DNA from: Antedon mediterranea
Taxonomy: Eukaryota; Animalia; Echinodermata
Direction of reading: 5' to 3'
Assembly: GCF_964355755.1 (NCBI RefSeq)
Contig: NC_092670.1
Coordinates: 21,376,795-21,440,794, forward strand
DNA length: 64,000 nucleotides
Shown one piece after another: positions 9,601 through 24,600 of the stretch; position 1 is the stretch's first letter; every line of letters starts with the position of its first letter. A program made the position numbers and the translations under genes. The notes below the pieces were generated by a model, which saw only the letters and a list, made by a program, of their open reading frames with translations, did no database searches and was not told where the DNA came from.

Positions 9601-12600
9601 TAAGATTTGTACTTGCTACAGTAGTTAATTTCAAGGTTTTTTTCACACAAACTCTAGCAATGATACTCACAAAATGAGTTTAAATGTATTAATAGATTTT
9701 TGTGGACCTTTTTTCATTTGGTTTAATTGAAAAACTGCCCAGTTCATAACATATCAACCATGGTATTATGATAATTGTTTGTAATTCGTTTTCTTTATAA
9801 TGAATGACCCACATCTATCGTATCAGCTAAACCCTTGATTTCTGAACTAAGTCTTGTCTTGGATTGGAGCTGACATGAGCATAGATATGAACCAAATACC
9901 TGTGATTGGGAGGCATTTTAACTGCCAAGGAGCTTTTTAACCAAGTTACAGTGCCATTTTTATCATTAAAAAGTTCACCATAAATGTAATTGTTAATGTT
10001 ACATTTTTCTTTTGATCACATTTCATCCTCTGCTTTTAAATGCAAGTCAATTAAAATCGCTACAGTAACTATTATTTTCATTATAAAGTTCACTGTAAAT
10101 ATGTAATACTTTCTACTTTTTATCAAGTAGGCCTAACAACATCCTCTGCTTTTAAAATGCAAGTCAATTAAAATCGCTACAGTAACTTTCATAAATAATC
10201 AAACCAAGTTCAGCTGTTTTTCTGTCATTGTAATTTATAAGCAACAAATCTGGTGATCAAAAAGATATCGTTGCATCTTCAGGTTTAGCACATGTGTGTT
10301 AAGTGTAATTTATTCAAGTTTCCTATACATTTGATGTTCACCTTTAAGTTTAGAATAAACCAGTTTATGATGCAGTTCAAGTCAGTGCTGAAGAAGCTGT
10401 AGTACTTCTTGGTCAAATTGTCCTTCAAATGCATGGATGTAGTTTTGGTTTCTGTCAATTTTATAATTACTACATGTAAAAAAAAAACTTGTCTTTCTTA
10501 GAAAAGGCTTTTTAATCTGCCCAAAGGTGATCTCTTTTGGGTTGACTGTAATAAAAGATTACTGTACTCATGGAGGAATAATACCTCCATGCTGTACTAT
10601 GGGTTAATATGATTGGGTGACCTATTTTAATGGCAGTTTCTGTTCATGTTTCTGCTGCAGAACATGGTACATTTGAACAAAAGTCACTTAGTTCTATGTA
10701 TTTTATATAAGAAATCAACCAAAATCAACCACAATTTATGATTCTTCTAAACTATTTTGAAATTACAAAAACTGCCGAATATAAACAATTTCAAAGGCTC
10801 TCGCCTCCAATTTTTTACAATCTATATTCAAGATGTTTTGTAACATGAAACAGATTTTTAAATTTCAATCTAAAAATCGTCAATGTTTGTGGTATAGCCT
10901 AGAGTTGGTAGCTGAGCCCATGATTGATGAGGCTTGGTAGAATGGTAGACAGACAGAACCAGGAGCAAATTGCTTTTATCCCCTGAGGTGTTCCTTGTTG
11001 ATGCACGCTTCATGCACCATTGGACCTTCTTTGCACTCTTGCTCTCAGGAGTAACTGACTATTGACTTCTTACTTATATATACCTCCGCCCTTATGTGTT
11101 TCTATTTGTAATGTTTCACTTAATATTACAATAGTAAAGTTTGAACCTACCAACTGCCTACCAGGCACTGATTAATCAAGTCTATTTTGTGCATACTTTT
11201 GAACTAGGATAAACCGACAATAGCCAGTTCTCTATGTCTTGAAAAGACTATTATGGTAGCTTATAGGGAGTCTCCCACAGGATGGCATGGTTCCCAGACT
11301 GTTATAATATCTCACTCTTTAAAGAGAATACCCTAATTGGTTTATCTCATTTTATAAATTACATGTTTCTAGTTTTTGGAATATTTATTTGTTTTTAATA
11401 GCCCTTTGGAAATAAATGTTATCTATGATTTTAAAATAAACAAACATTAAACATGATTCAAAAAAAAAAAAGTAAAAATCAAAATAAGCTATAAGACAAA
11501 AAATATTGTGTTGAGTGACTTTATAATATATATACCTATTTTCTTGGACATTTATGTGTACCTTTTGCAGGTACAATAGAAAATCTACCATTTTTCATTT
11601 AAAAGTGTTGATACCAATGTTCTGTGACAATCCACCATCTCTCCCTTTTATTTTGTACTTTAATGAGTCCACAGTTGGGACAGACACCTTCTCTTGATGT
11701 CATTCTTTCGCAAATTCCGCCAAAGACCTTTCATCTGTAAAATTCTTGGCTGCATTTATCTGACATTTACGTTCAGCATGAATTGTTACATTCATCAACA
11801 AATTTTATCGTTTCGAACAAATATAATTATTTTTAATTTTTTTAAAACAAAGATGGTAAATGTAGTAAGTTAAAAGCACTTCTATAAAAAAATGCATAAT
11901 ATGCTGAATGAACTTATGGAATGTATCAAAACAGTACAGAAGCACGAACATATTCCGTAGGGTCTTGTTGTCAGTCTGAACCCAACGCCAGGAAATAAAT
12001 TTATGCTTGGTGCAAGTGTAGTTATGTAAAGGTCTAGAAAATGATCGACCAGAAATTGTCTGGGGTTTAGGACCTCAGGTTTGATGTCTTGTTGGATGAT
12101 AAGTATCAGTACCTTTTTTTTAATCAGGAGAAAATAAAGTACACCAAGGATTTTATTTTTTAAACTTCTTACTAATTGGTATTAATCAAAATAGACAATT
12201 TACACATTATTACACAATTCTGTTCTTGGTTATGTCCACAATACAACCTTTACAATATGCTCTTAAATACCGCTAATATTATTTACCATGTTGTGATGAG
12301 TCTGTCTGTAATCTGTTAACAACAAAGATTGACTCAAATAATATTTAATACTAATAATAATTTAGGTTTATATATGGCATTATGCTAAAAAATGGAAAAA
12401 TAGATGGCGGAAAATTAAGAATAGTTGATAAAGTGATTTACAATTGACGTTGCCTGACGGATATAAATCGGCCGATGAATTCCACAAGAAGACATTGACA
12501 GAGACCCAAGAAAAAGAATGATTACCATAATGCGCTTTGTTGATGGACGGACGGATAGAGAAACTTTCTATGTGTGCTGTACATTTTTAATTATATTATT

Positions 12601-15600
12601 TAAAGCTTAGAAAGTGACATTACAGTTTCTTACACCACATCATGTATGCATTAGTAATGTCAATTTTACCATTTTACTATTTATTGTCTTTGTAATTCAT
12701 CCTGACATCTAACTTCTCCGTTTTCATTTCATGTTGCTTGATGTTTCTCTTATTGTGATTTGTTAATGTTTGTTTTGAAAACAAGTTAAAACGATCCTAT
12801 TACAATGTTTGGGCGATAATTTTAAAGTATTTTTTCCTGTCCTTCCATATTATCTTGATGGTTATGCTTAATAACAAGTTTATTTATTATATTATTACTA
12901 TAATAGTTCCTATATCTAATACAAAGCATTAAATGTGGATGTGTATGAGTCTGTTTCTGCTGCATAATGCAAATTAATCGTTTATTTTAAATAGATTAAA
13001 AATAACAAGACTGTGTTTCTGCTCAATTTTTGCTCTGAAATAACCGGTTAAATCAATGGGTGGTCGTTAGAATTACCCAAAATGCAATTGGTCCTGGCGG
13101 TTAATTCAAACGTTACTGCTGTGTAGTTGACTCAGGGTCAGCAGCTGTCAATCAAATAACCGTTATTTTGTGTTGCAGCTAAAAGTTGCCCAGCGATAAC
13201 CGGTTAAATGGCGTTCTAACATCAAATTGAATGAGTGTTTTTAACTGGTTATTTTTCGCTGCCTTTTAACTGGTTACCACAAATTTGTCAAGTTTCTGCT
13301 CCCAACAAAATGGGAGTTAATTTATTCACACCGATTTTAACCGGTTATTTTTATGCAGCAGAAACAGGCCCTCTGTGTATAGTTCTCTACTAAGGTGAAA
13401 GTTGAAAAGCTATTTGTGACATTTGATCACTTCATTGCCTCTTTCAACACATCTGCAATCTTCCATCTTAAATTTATCTTTTAAAAAAACTAATAAAAAC
13501 ACAAAAAGCGTGTACAACTGCCGGCAACAAAGTTAATCACTTCCGATAAGTCTGTTTTAATGATTCCTCTGTGATTTCAAAGAATAGGTTATATTGATGA
13601 TTATGGGTAAATTCAAACATATAGTGGCCCTTATATGTGGTGTTTGTTGGTTCGTTTATTATCAATCCGTGTGTGTGTTGTCCAGCTTGTATGGCCAGTT
13701 GGCCAACAGGTGATGTTTACTTTCATCAGTGAAAAATATCAAAATAAAACGAGTAGCTACAGTATAACAATCTGAAAGTTTATGGAGTTTTTTCTAATGT
13801 GCAATTGCAATCTATTGTACAATTAGGATTTGTCTGTGAACCTGCTGTATTTCGAATTACTTCACTCTTTTATTTCAATTTAATTTTTTTAGACTTAAGA
13901 ATGTGTGGTACAGCGTTAACAACCAATTATTAAATGCTACAGTACTATAGATCTTATTTCTCACACTAATTAAAAAGATAAGAAAAATGAAAATTGGTTT
14001 GGAGAAACTTTAATGTGGAGAGATGGTATAGTTTAGTAGCATGGAAGGAGTGACAATCAGTAATCTCTTAGAAAAGGAGAAAATTGATTTTAATAAAATA
14101 TAATAATGATGACACAGATAATGAGAGCATTCTATTTGATTGATCATCAAACATTGACAGTATTCTACTAGCATTCATATATAAAATCATAGTATTAAAC
14201 CATAAACCTGTGCTACATACTGTCATTTCCAGAGTAGTTTAATATGTTCTTAATCGCCCTGAGGACTTTTAACTTACTTGAGTATCATACAGGGCACATT
14301 TTCATTGACATAATCATAAATGTGGTTGCAATTAATTGTGAATAAATTTCGATTACTGTGCCAAATTCAATTTTATTTGATATAAAAAATTTGGTATCAA
14401 AGTTTAAAAAGTAATGACATTTTGAGTTATTAATGTCGTTAATTATTATCTTATTGGTTTTTTTTTAATGCCATTGTCGGTAATATTCATATTTAATTTA
14501 CATTGCAGATATCAATCATACTTTTTTAATATTATAATGCAGTATACCAATAACTCAATATGATCGATATGTTTTGTTCATTTGTTTCACTTAAAGTGTC
14601 TGATATTATCTGCCACTAGTAACTTTTTCCCCACAGAGCATACAATGTAGTATACAGTACGTTGCACAAGTAGCAAGATAGAACCACATTTTCCGTGTCT
14701 GACTTATAGCATGTTAATTATTTTCCATTTTTTCAGAGAATGATAATTTATGCAAGAGTGATAGTAAGTGGAGTTAGTTGTTCCTATTGGCTCACCTCAC
14801 TAAACTCATGTCACCTTTTATAGATCATGTCAAAATTATTTTATTGCAGTAAACATTTGACAAATTCAAATCATTTCAACATAACAAGAAATGATATGAT
14901 TATTATTAATTGTCAGTAATTATATTATAACAGCAATAACTGCAGTTGATTAATTAACTACTACTGCATTAAACAATTTTCTTAAGTTTAATACAGATAT
15001 CTGCAATTTATTTTTTGGCATGATCTCCATATAACCTAGCAACTTCATCAATCATTGTTGATAAAAAGAAAATAACTAAAAACTGCTAATCAACAATAAT
15101 AATACTTTATTTATATTTATTCATTTTAGTAAATAATAACTTTCTATTCTAATTTAGAAATCAAGTCAGTTGTCTTTAGTTTGTTGTATTTTCTATTTTA
15201 ATTGGGATTTAGATTGCACAACCTAATGCTAAAGATTGCCATGTGACGACAGCGTTACGGCCATTTGCACATGCTTACAAACCAACTTTTGTTGTGATTG
15301 CTTCTGCAACTATGCCAAATTGTTATATGGTAGTACAGTTGAGGCGCAATCACAACACCGCTTGCTGCGACAGGCATTAGAATGGTCTACTAAAACTGGT
15401 GGTAGCAAAATTCATTTAGTATCCTTATATTTCGTAGAAGTTGGAAGAAATTAGACATGAAACTAGCATGGTCATTTAATAAAAAATAATGATGTGAAGT
15501 GTGAAAGGTCAAAGGTTAAGTGCCATTTTGGGAAAGGTCGGTCTTTCTCTCGTTACATTGTCCTTTAAAGAGGATGATATTGTCCTTAAAAAAGGATGAT

Positions 15601-18600
15601 AAGCTGTTGGTTCTGTGCATGAAAAAGAAAATAGAACTGTACATTATTCGGGCAGGGGATTATTGTCTCAATGCCTATGTGGTTTTCGTGTGTCCATAAA
15701 TGGCCTAATCCTATGACATGACCATCTAAGCATTAATGCATACAGGCACATAATGATATTATTACTAGACTACATAGTTCATTAATATTTAGATACCACA
15801 CTAGTTTATTATCTAGTGGTTAGATTTTCGGTTTCTTGTCAAGTTTTCACTCATTTGATTTTATATTTAATTTATAAAAAAAAAGAATTTTTCTATACTA
15901 TTGACTAATAATGCTACAAAACAATTATAATAAATTTCCCAGTTTAAACAAAAAAAACTGCCAATAAAACTGCTGTTAATCTTGTCTTTTACATTTACAA
16001 GTAAATTCCAGATTTTATTGATAAATGCTTTTTGATCAAAACTGACGCTAACCACATTGACTTGAAAATTTAGTATTCCAATGCTTTTATTAAATGCTAA
16101 TTTTAAATTTCCTCTTCTTCTGGCAACAAAACCATTTGATTTTGTTCATTGTTGAAACTAACCATCAAAGTTTGATTATAAGATTTTAAATTCTTAATCA
16201 TAATAATTTTCCATTTAGCAAATTTTATTGTTTATATTTTGTTTTTGTTATTTTGTAACTAACAAGAACATTTTGACAATATTCAAACAATATAGGACAT
16301 TTTGTATTTCGCTTTTTTTTTTATATTAAAGAACCTTTTCAAACAATTATTTATGGACATTCAACAAAATGTGCATACCACCATCAAGTTGTTTTGGCCC
16401 TACATGCCAAAAACTTATACAAGTGAGAAAATGATAAGACAAAAATTGATATTGAAGAAGATACTATCCTAACTCTTCGCACCCTTTCCTGTATATTCCA
16501 TTATTTAATATGTCTGATCATGGTTTGTGCATCGGTATAAGATATCTACACAACGATGTACGAGGCCTGTCAGCTGTTAGTCTAACATGAAAGGCGGACA
16601 GTGTTACCACATCAGATCTACATGTAGTAACAGTTTTAGGTGAGGAGGTAGTTGCAATCGACATCATGCCTTTGTTCCGGTAATTGGTCTTGAAGCCCGC
16701 GTTGCCCTGGTGAGATTTGACACATTGAGCTAGGAGTTGTTAATTGATTAGTGAACTAGTTACGAGGGCTGTCACAGCACTTACAACATCATGCTGTTGC
16801 TAAAGGATGATGTTGCAAGCAGCCATTGTAAGCTAGCTGCGTAAGAAATGATGCTGTAGCTAGCCAGAGTAGGCTAGCAAACATTGTAATCTTGTGGTGG
16901 CTGCTTAACTTTCAATATGGGCAACTTAACTTCTAAAATTTGCATTGGGTTTTTGCAAACATGGTCTATGCAAAATATGATATTGAGAGGACTCTGTGAT
17001 TGGTCCTAAATCTGTATTTAATATTTCATACAAAAAAGTTGCATTTAATTTAAACCATAACTAATTATTTTAAATTGTTTAATTGTTATATATCATATAT
17101 TATATTTATATTTACCTTTTAATTTATATATAACTTGTAATACTTGTATATTATACCAGTTTATATTTTATAACTTTTAATAACAAACACACTATGACAT
17201 TATGTATAAATAATGTATAATATAATAATTATGCAACATTTATTGTATTTATTATTATACCATGGAGGAATTTAATTATTTCCTCCATGATATTACAAAC
17301 TCACAACAATTAATATCATTCTGTATGTTTCTCTAAATCATATCCAATTTAGATTTCATTCCGTTTCCTTGAGCTTTGTTTTTCTAGTACGTTAGTATAG
17401 TGTTTTTCAACTAGTTGCATAGTTGAAGTATTCTCACTGACCTTTGTGGAAGGGATAGCAGTGAAGCTTGCTGTTTAATCGTTCGTGGTTGAATCTGATT
17501 TACAACTTTACCATTTGCAATGAAGTATGTTTAGCGGCTTGCTTTATAAAAATGTGAAATGAATTCATCTGTCTGAATTTTTCTTCAATCTACACTTCCA
17601 GACACAGCAGATGGATATAGGCACACTTATCCAGACATACTATTTATTCACTTATTTAACCAGAAACATCTATCCAGGCACTTATGCTCCTATCCAGGGA
17701 CTTATGCTCCTATCCAGGGACTTGAACATCTATCCAGGGACTAAAATCTTGCTTTCAAGCATTTACATCCAGGGTACTTGTATATGTCCAGGTACTTGCA
17801 CATACATCCAGGTATTTGCACTAATATAACTAGGTACTTCCACATTTATCCAGGTACTTTCCACATATATCCAGGTACTTGAAATTATATCAAGGTTCTT
17901 GCATATATCAGATAAATCCATGTACTATACTTGTAGGCCTACATGTATCCAGTTAACTTTATACAATATCCAGATATTTCCACAAAATACAGGTACCTTT
18001 CACCAATTTACTTTTTATCAAATTAGAGTCTTTCACATTTAATACTACTACTAGTATCACACAATATTACCATTTTTAAATGGGAAAAAGTTATAATAAA
18101 TTATTTTGTATAAAAATAATTTGAATGGCAACTAAAAATTGTTATATTAAACACATTAATAGGGTTCAGTTCGACTTTAGACGCTCTATACTTTACTGCT
18201 ACCAATAGGCCTTTCATTGACTTTATCACTGATTGATGTATATATCAACTATCAGTCTTATGTAAACAATTTTGGGACTCAAATTCTGTTTATACCAATA
18301 ACACAAAATGATTTGTCATTTTCAACCTTCAAGACTTAAGTAATATTAGGTTCATGTTTTTATAATACTTTAATGGTGATAGTAGTTTGGGGATGATTGT
18401 TATTTTCTATTGAAATTTACCAGACCATTTAAGAAAAAAAACGTACTTAATTACTTTTGCTAAATTTCACCTAAAGGAATTGATACTGTAGAAAACCAAG
18501 CTATGGAGTAGTGGCTTAAGAGATAGAGTTTTATGTGCACATTCATATTTTGTTGCAGGCCTGTCCAACTGTCTTAGTATTTTGTTTATTTTAGGCTCAT

Positions 18601-21600
18601 ATGATCATTTTCTTCCTTTCGTTTTGAGTGTCGTTCTTGCTCCCTCACTCCCCGGTTCCATCATTCACCTACTGCGTGATGCCTACAACAACTGTTTAGA
18701 CGTTCTTTGTGTAGGTGCGACTGTTCCTGGCTGGAAATTACCCATTGCTGGCTTAGGGGTATCTCCTTACACCCATGGTATGTGAAGCACACTTCAGGAT
18801 TCTGGACCTCCTGGCAAACTTATTAACATAATGAGCCTGGCGCGTGCCCTGGCTAAAAATACATGTGATGTCATAGTATTATAGATAGTGAAGTATAGTA
18901 CTCTGTGTTGTAATTTATCTTGGCCTCTGAGTTCTATTTGATACAAGTTTTTAATGGCCAACATAAATCTTGGATTGGCTCCAGACAAGGTGTGAAAACT
19001 ACACACATACTACCTGTCTTATTATTTAATCAGTTTTTATGACTAAAGAATTGTTGATAAACATATAATACAGGTAAAAAGTTGAACTAATAATCAGTGC
19101 ATCATTAATGTACATACTGTACTTTGTATAGCACCCTCTACAAAGCAAGATTTTTCATTTTTATCAGATAGATAGGCCAGTTTACAACTCCCTAGATAGG
19201 CTTAGAAATAAAATTATCGTTACAAGTAGCAATAGTTCAGTCATTAGTACATCACCAAAAACAGCAAAAACATAAGATTAGAACATGATGACTGGAAGTA
19301 TATACTACTGACTGAGCAACTTAATATTTTCTTATTTTATCAAAACTATTTAGTAAATATGTTGGTATAACATATAAGTTCTTATTTTATTTTACATAGT
19401 TTATAAATATTTATCCACTAAGAAACTTTTTAAGTTTAGTTTCTAATTTAATTATTCACATTTTTTAGTTTCTAATTTAATTATTCATATTATTTGTGAA
19501 TGTTCTAGTATATTAGTTCGTACAGTACTCATTTAAAGATGTATTGTCCCCCAAAATTATGAAAAATAAAGATTTTTTTAAATCGGACTTTGAATAGGCC
19601 ATTTTGCAGTTTTAATGAAGTTGTTCACTTCCATAAGAAAAAAAACGGGGAAAAAAAATTATTTCACCTATAAAAAGACAAAATAAACAGTTAAATTACC
19701 CAAAAACTCATTGTCTTCCAGACAATTTGACCATTTTTTGCTTTAAATTACATTTTTCTCAGGTAAATAAATTTTTTTCAGACCCAATTTTTTGTGAGAG
19801 TGAATAACTATTATGTGACATTAAAATAACATATTCAACAAAAAAAATTTAAAAAATATTTTTTTAGGGGGACAATATATCTTTAACTTAAAATTAAATA
19901 AGAATTAATTGCTCCATAGTTTATTTACCTACTTTATTCTTCAAAACTTGATAGTATAATAATTGAATTATTCATATTATTTGTGAATGTTCTAGTATAT
20001 TAGTTCGTACAGTACTCATTTCACTAAAAATAAGTAATAATTAATTGCTCCATAGTTTATTTATCCATTTTATTCTTCAAAGCTTGATAGTGTAATAATA
20101 TAATTGTTCAAATTATGAAAGAATGTTCTGATAGTTAAATAGTTACTTAATATTTCACTTAAAATTAAGTAATTAATTCATTGGTTCATAGAGTTAAACT
20201 TTGCTCTGATAGCCTTGAGTTAATTTGCTTGTTTCCTTTTATTATCAAATACATTAGTCATTCAAGTGTTAGAATAATTAACCATAATTATCTTAATTAA
20301 TAGCAATAATAATTAGCTTGATATCCTGATAATAGTATGTCTAGCACCTAATTAGTAATTATAACTATTTATTTAGGATTTATTTTTGTTTGTAATCTAT
20401 ACTTCCTTTATTTGTGATAATATACACCATTATCAAATGATCAGGATACTTCACAGATAGGTTAGACTTTGTTGATGCAAAATTGCCATGATTGTCTAAA
20501 AGACCATGCAACACAAACTGTTGTTAAGATGCATCTACAAGAATCGCCCCCTTTGAATGTCATCAAACCAATTTTAATTCTGTTAAAAGATTTTCTTTTA
20601 AAAGGTTCAAACTTACTTGGTTTTTATAATATTCTTAATGCATAAAACTGAGTTTGTATTGACCCTATTTAGTAACCTATTTTTGGTTATATATATGATT
20701 TAGTTGAAATAAACAATGTTCAACATCCAATTTCAAAACGTGAATCAATCACATTTTTATAATATCTGATGATTTAATGTTGTTTCTTCATTGCTGCATT
20801 CCTCTATTGCAAAAAAAACGCATAGAATACTTCATATTTGCTTGGCGAATAACATCTTCCAAAAATGGTAATACTTGTAAAATTATTTTTGTTTTTAAAA
20901 TATTTATTTAAAGCATTACCCTTGAAGTGAACATTCATACTCATAAATATGATTTTTTAAAATAATAAACCATTATTATTGTTATTAGGATACATTAATG
21001 ATTGGAAAAAATGAAATATAATATAGTTATGGTACTTTTGAACTTGTTGCGGCCGAGATCAATAAACAAGTTATCATTCTATTTGGTTATATTATGTGTT
21101 TACCTCTAAAGGTATTTTGTTTTTCCAACATCCACTTTCCCAAAACACCTTTGGGAAAAAAGTCTGGTTGTGGTGAGAGGTTCTGGCGTTTAGTCTGATT
21201 TCAGAAGAGATTTACTATATTTCACTATCCAAGATTTGTTTTCTCTTTTATGTTTCAACTTTAAACTCATTTCGTTACTTAAAAGATTTTGATTCTGTTA
21301 TTAAAAATCTATTTAAGGAACATTTAGACCTTTTTTGAATGTGTTATTCTCTACCTTTTTAGTTTAAGACCAAAGCATTTAATTATTCTGAGGCTATTTT
21401 ACTTTTTACCTACAACAAACACTTTATTTCATAAAGGTATAGTTGTTGAAAACTGTTGATGAAAATCTATTTAGTTAGTCCTAACTTTTTGACTCTGAAG
21501 GAATGTGTAGAATTTTGTCCGAAATTTTAAGAGCCTGATTTGTTGATAAAACTAGATGGTTACCTGGCAACATTTCCTATCGGTGGGCAAGCCAAATAAA

Positions 21601-24600
21601 TATGCAAGACTAAAGATATTTATCTGTGTTCCATCTGGTCTTTTAATAATGTCAAATGTTTTTTAACTTTAAAAAAATTATTATTTTAAGGTTAATTTGT
21701 CATAAAACCATTGATCAAAACAAAATGTCAGTTTTGTTGGTTTATTTTATTTCTTGTCATTGTAAACTACGAATAATTAAATATACTACTCCAATATGTT
21801 TTTTTTAAAGTTATATTCCAAAACATTGTAGATTTTCCAAACAAAACTACAGCATACAATTATCAGATGCAGGTGATTTTCTATTAATTTTAGGGTCTGT
21901 TTCTGCTGCATATCGAACAAACCGTAATTATTTCAAAATAGATTTAAAATGTAATTTTGTAAATTTAACCAGATTAATATAAATTTAGGATAATGAATGC
22001 ATTATCCCTTATATGAAGTTAAAACATTTGATTGATTGGTTCCTAAGAAATTAAAAATAATTGTTTTGTCTTTTATTATTTTAATATAAATGTTTAATAT
22101 CCTGTTGCAAGTTCACCACATACTATGACAAATGTTCTTATCTAATAATTCAATTGGTAGTTGCACAAGACATCTCCACAAGACAGGTTTTAGAAAAGAA
22201 TCAGTAGGGGTACAAAACTGGAAAAACTGTCCAATCACAGCTTCTTATTCCACTTTGCTATGACTACTACTACTAGTAATATTTGACCAATCATAGCTTC
22301 CGGTTTCACTGTTGCTATAGCCTGTCAGTAATTCAGTTAATTTTATCATGACTTTTTAGAAGAGAGAAAAAAAAAGAAACAAGCATCAGAATGTATCTTC
22401 AGCTGCTGTAAAAGAGCCTCCTTGGGTCGACTGTCAATCATCTCCATGACAACAACTAAAGCAATTGCTTTCAGTTGTGTCATCCTCTAAATTGAGAATG
22501 TATTGGAATTTGATTGGTTCAGAAGTTATAGTGGGTGATACTGATTTGTGATTGGTCAATGCCATAATTTTTTAGATGATAGTTGATGTTAGCTAGAAGT
22601 GAAGTTGGTGTATAAGCAGATACTAAAAGTGTAAGCCATACTGTTTACATCTTGCCCAGCTTCAGAATGCCAATTTAAACTTGACTATTAGACCATTCTT
22701 ATGGCTATGGAGCATGTATAAATAAACTTCCATAGGACTAGAGTGACAACTGCAGAATTTTGTTTATTGCTGTTTGATGCTACTTTGACGAGTTAATATA
22801 AATGTAGAAACTTCCTAACTAGTTTATATTTACATGATTTGAAATATTCATAATAGAAATGTTATGTGTAGGCCTACAATAAAAACTTGCAATTTAATAA
22901 AGTTTGTTTAGGACATTAACAAATGTAATAGATGTAATGTTGCGTTGCCCAAATTCTGGACTCGATGAAATACATTCACTAAATTAAGAAATTGGTGATT
23001 TAAACTTGTGTTAAAACTTATCATTGTATCAATCTTTTAAAGACTACATGCTAATTATCGGGTAAATTGATTACTTGTACAGTAAGGATAAAATTGTGTT
23101 CTGCCCCTGGCAATATCTTAACACTTGAGTTGGTAAAAAGGTGGCTTGTTGTTATCAAACTTGAATATTGATGAACAACTTCAAATGTCACTGTTAGCTT
23201 TGATCTCCACCAGTAATGATAAGGTTGCACCCCTCATGAATCTGGCCACGTGTGGGCCATCACTCCTGGCTTCTGATTGGCTAAAGCCGCACGAGCCTCA
23301 CTGATGACATGGAGTGTATAAACATAAGGTCATCAAGACAGCTGTTATTGAAAGAGTTGTAGTAATAGATTAGCAAGTTTGCCAGGGTACCAGTGTTGGT
23401 GAAGTTTTTTTCACTTTTAAATGGGACAGCAATTCCATCTGAGAGGAGTGCATAACTTTTTTCTCCTACTTTGCTGAAAACTTTTTGAATGGGACAATTT
23501 TTCCAAGCTGAAGTTATTTTTTTTATTTCTGGCTTTGCTAAAACTTATTCTTTTTAGTTGGTGAAACTTACTAAGATGTGGAACTGATTTCAATAGTTGT
23601 CTCGACTATACACACATTTTATCCTCTGTTTTTTCTCTGGAGAATGCATCGTTGTATTGCAATGTAACATCGCGCTTCTTTTAAATACGGGACCAACATT
23701 TTTCCGGAGTCTACAGTGTCTTTTTTCCTTTATAAACAGGAGTCTATGAAACTATTTTTTCCAGAATTCTTTACAGTTCTTTTTCTACATTCCATTATTT
23801 TGTTCAAATCTAGCGAAGTTTTTAGAAGATTCCATAATTTCATTCCATATATTTTCATTCTGGGAAGAAAGGAAATTCAATGTTCATGACTCGTAAACGC
23901 CCACGAAAACCAACTAGTAGAAAAAACGGAGCTCCCAAGGAGAAAAAAGTGAAAAAGGACAAAAAATGTAAGTTTCAACAAAACAATGACTAGGCTTATA
24001 TTATAATCAATATATACAATTATATAATTACATATTTTCTTATTTAATATTTTTGACTTTTGAGAAACCTGGTTATTAATTTTAACATACGGTATACTGT
24101 GTTTGGTAGAATGTCAACTCTAAATTATTAGTGAATGCCTAAATAGGCCTATTTCAAGATAATTTAACAAACTGTGAACAGCAACTTTGAAGCAACTTCT
24201 TGCCGTACTTTGTATTAAAAATTAGGCCTACAACAAATTGAATGTCTCAGTTGTTACTCTCCCCTGTGGCATTTCTAGTGCCATTTTCACCTTTTGGTAG
24301 AGTTTTTCTTAAATTCCCACAATTTTACGTCAAATCTATAATTGTGTAAATACAGCTGTTATTTTGATGAATTGATATAAAAATCTGATGACTGTTGATT
24401 GGTAGTTGACTATTTCGTTTTGGTGTTTTTCTCCTTTTTCATTCTCATTTTGTAGCAACTTTCATTGTACTATCATTGCAATATTGTGAATCATTAAATT
24501 GATATGTTTGTCATAGTCTCTGTTTGTTTCATTTTGGTAATGTGAAGAATGTTGACAACTGCTCGTTGTTTCCTAACACTGGTTTTTATTAAATCTATAG

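Noticed and set aside
18582-19006. GC-richer patch with short ORFs on both strands
   Set aside because: No recognisable domain or phase-compatible splice sites; probably a decayed repeat.
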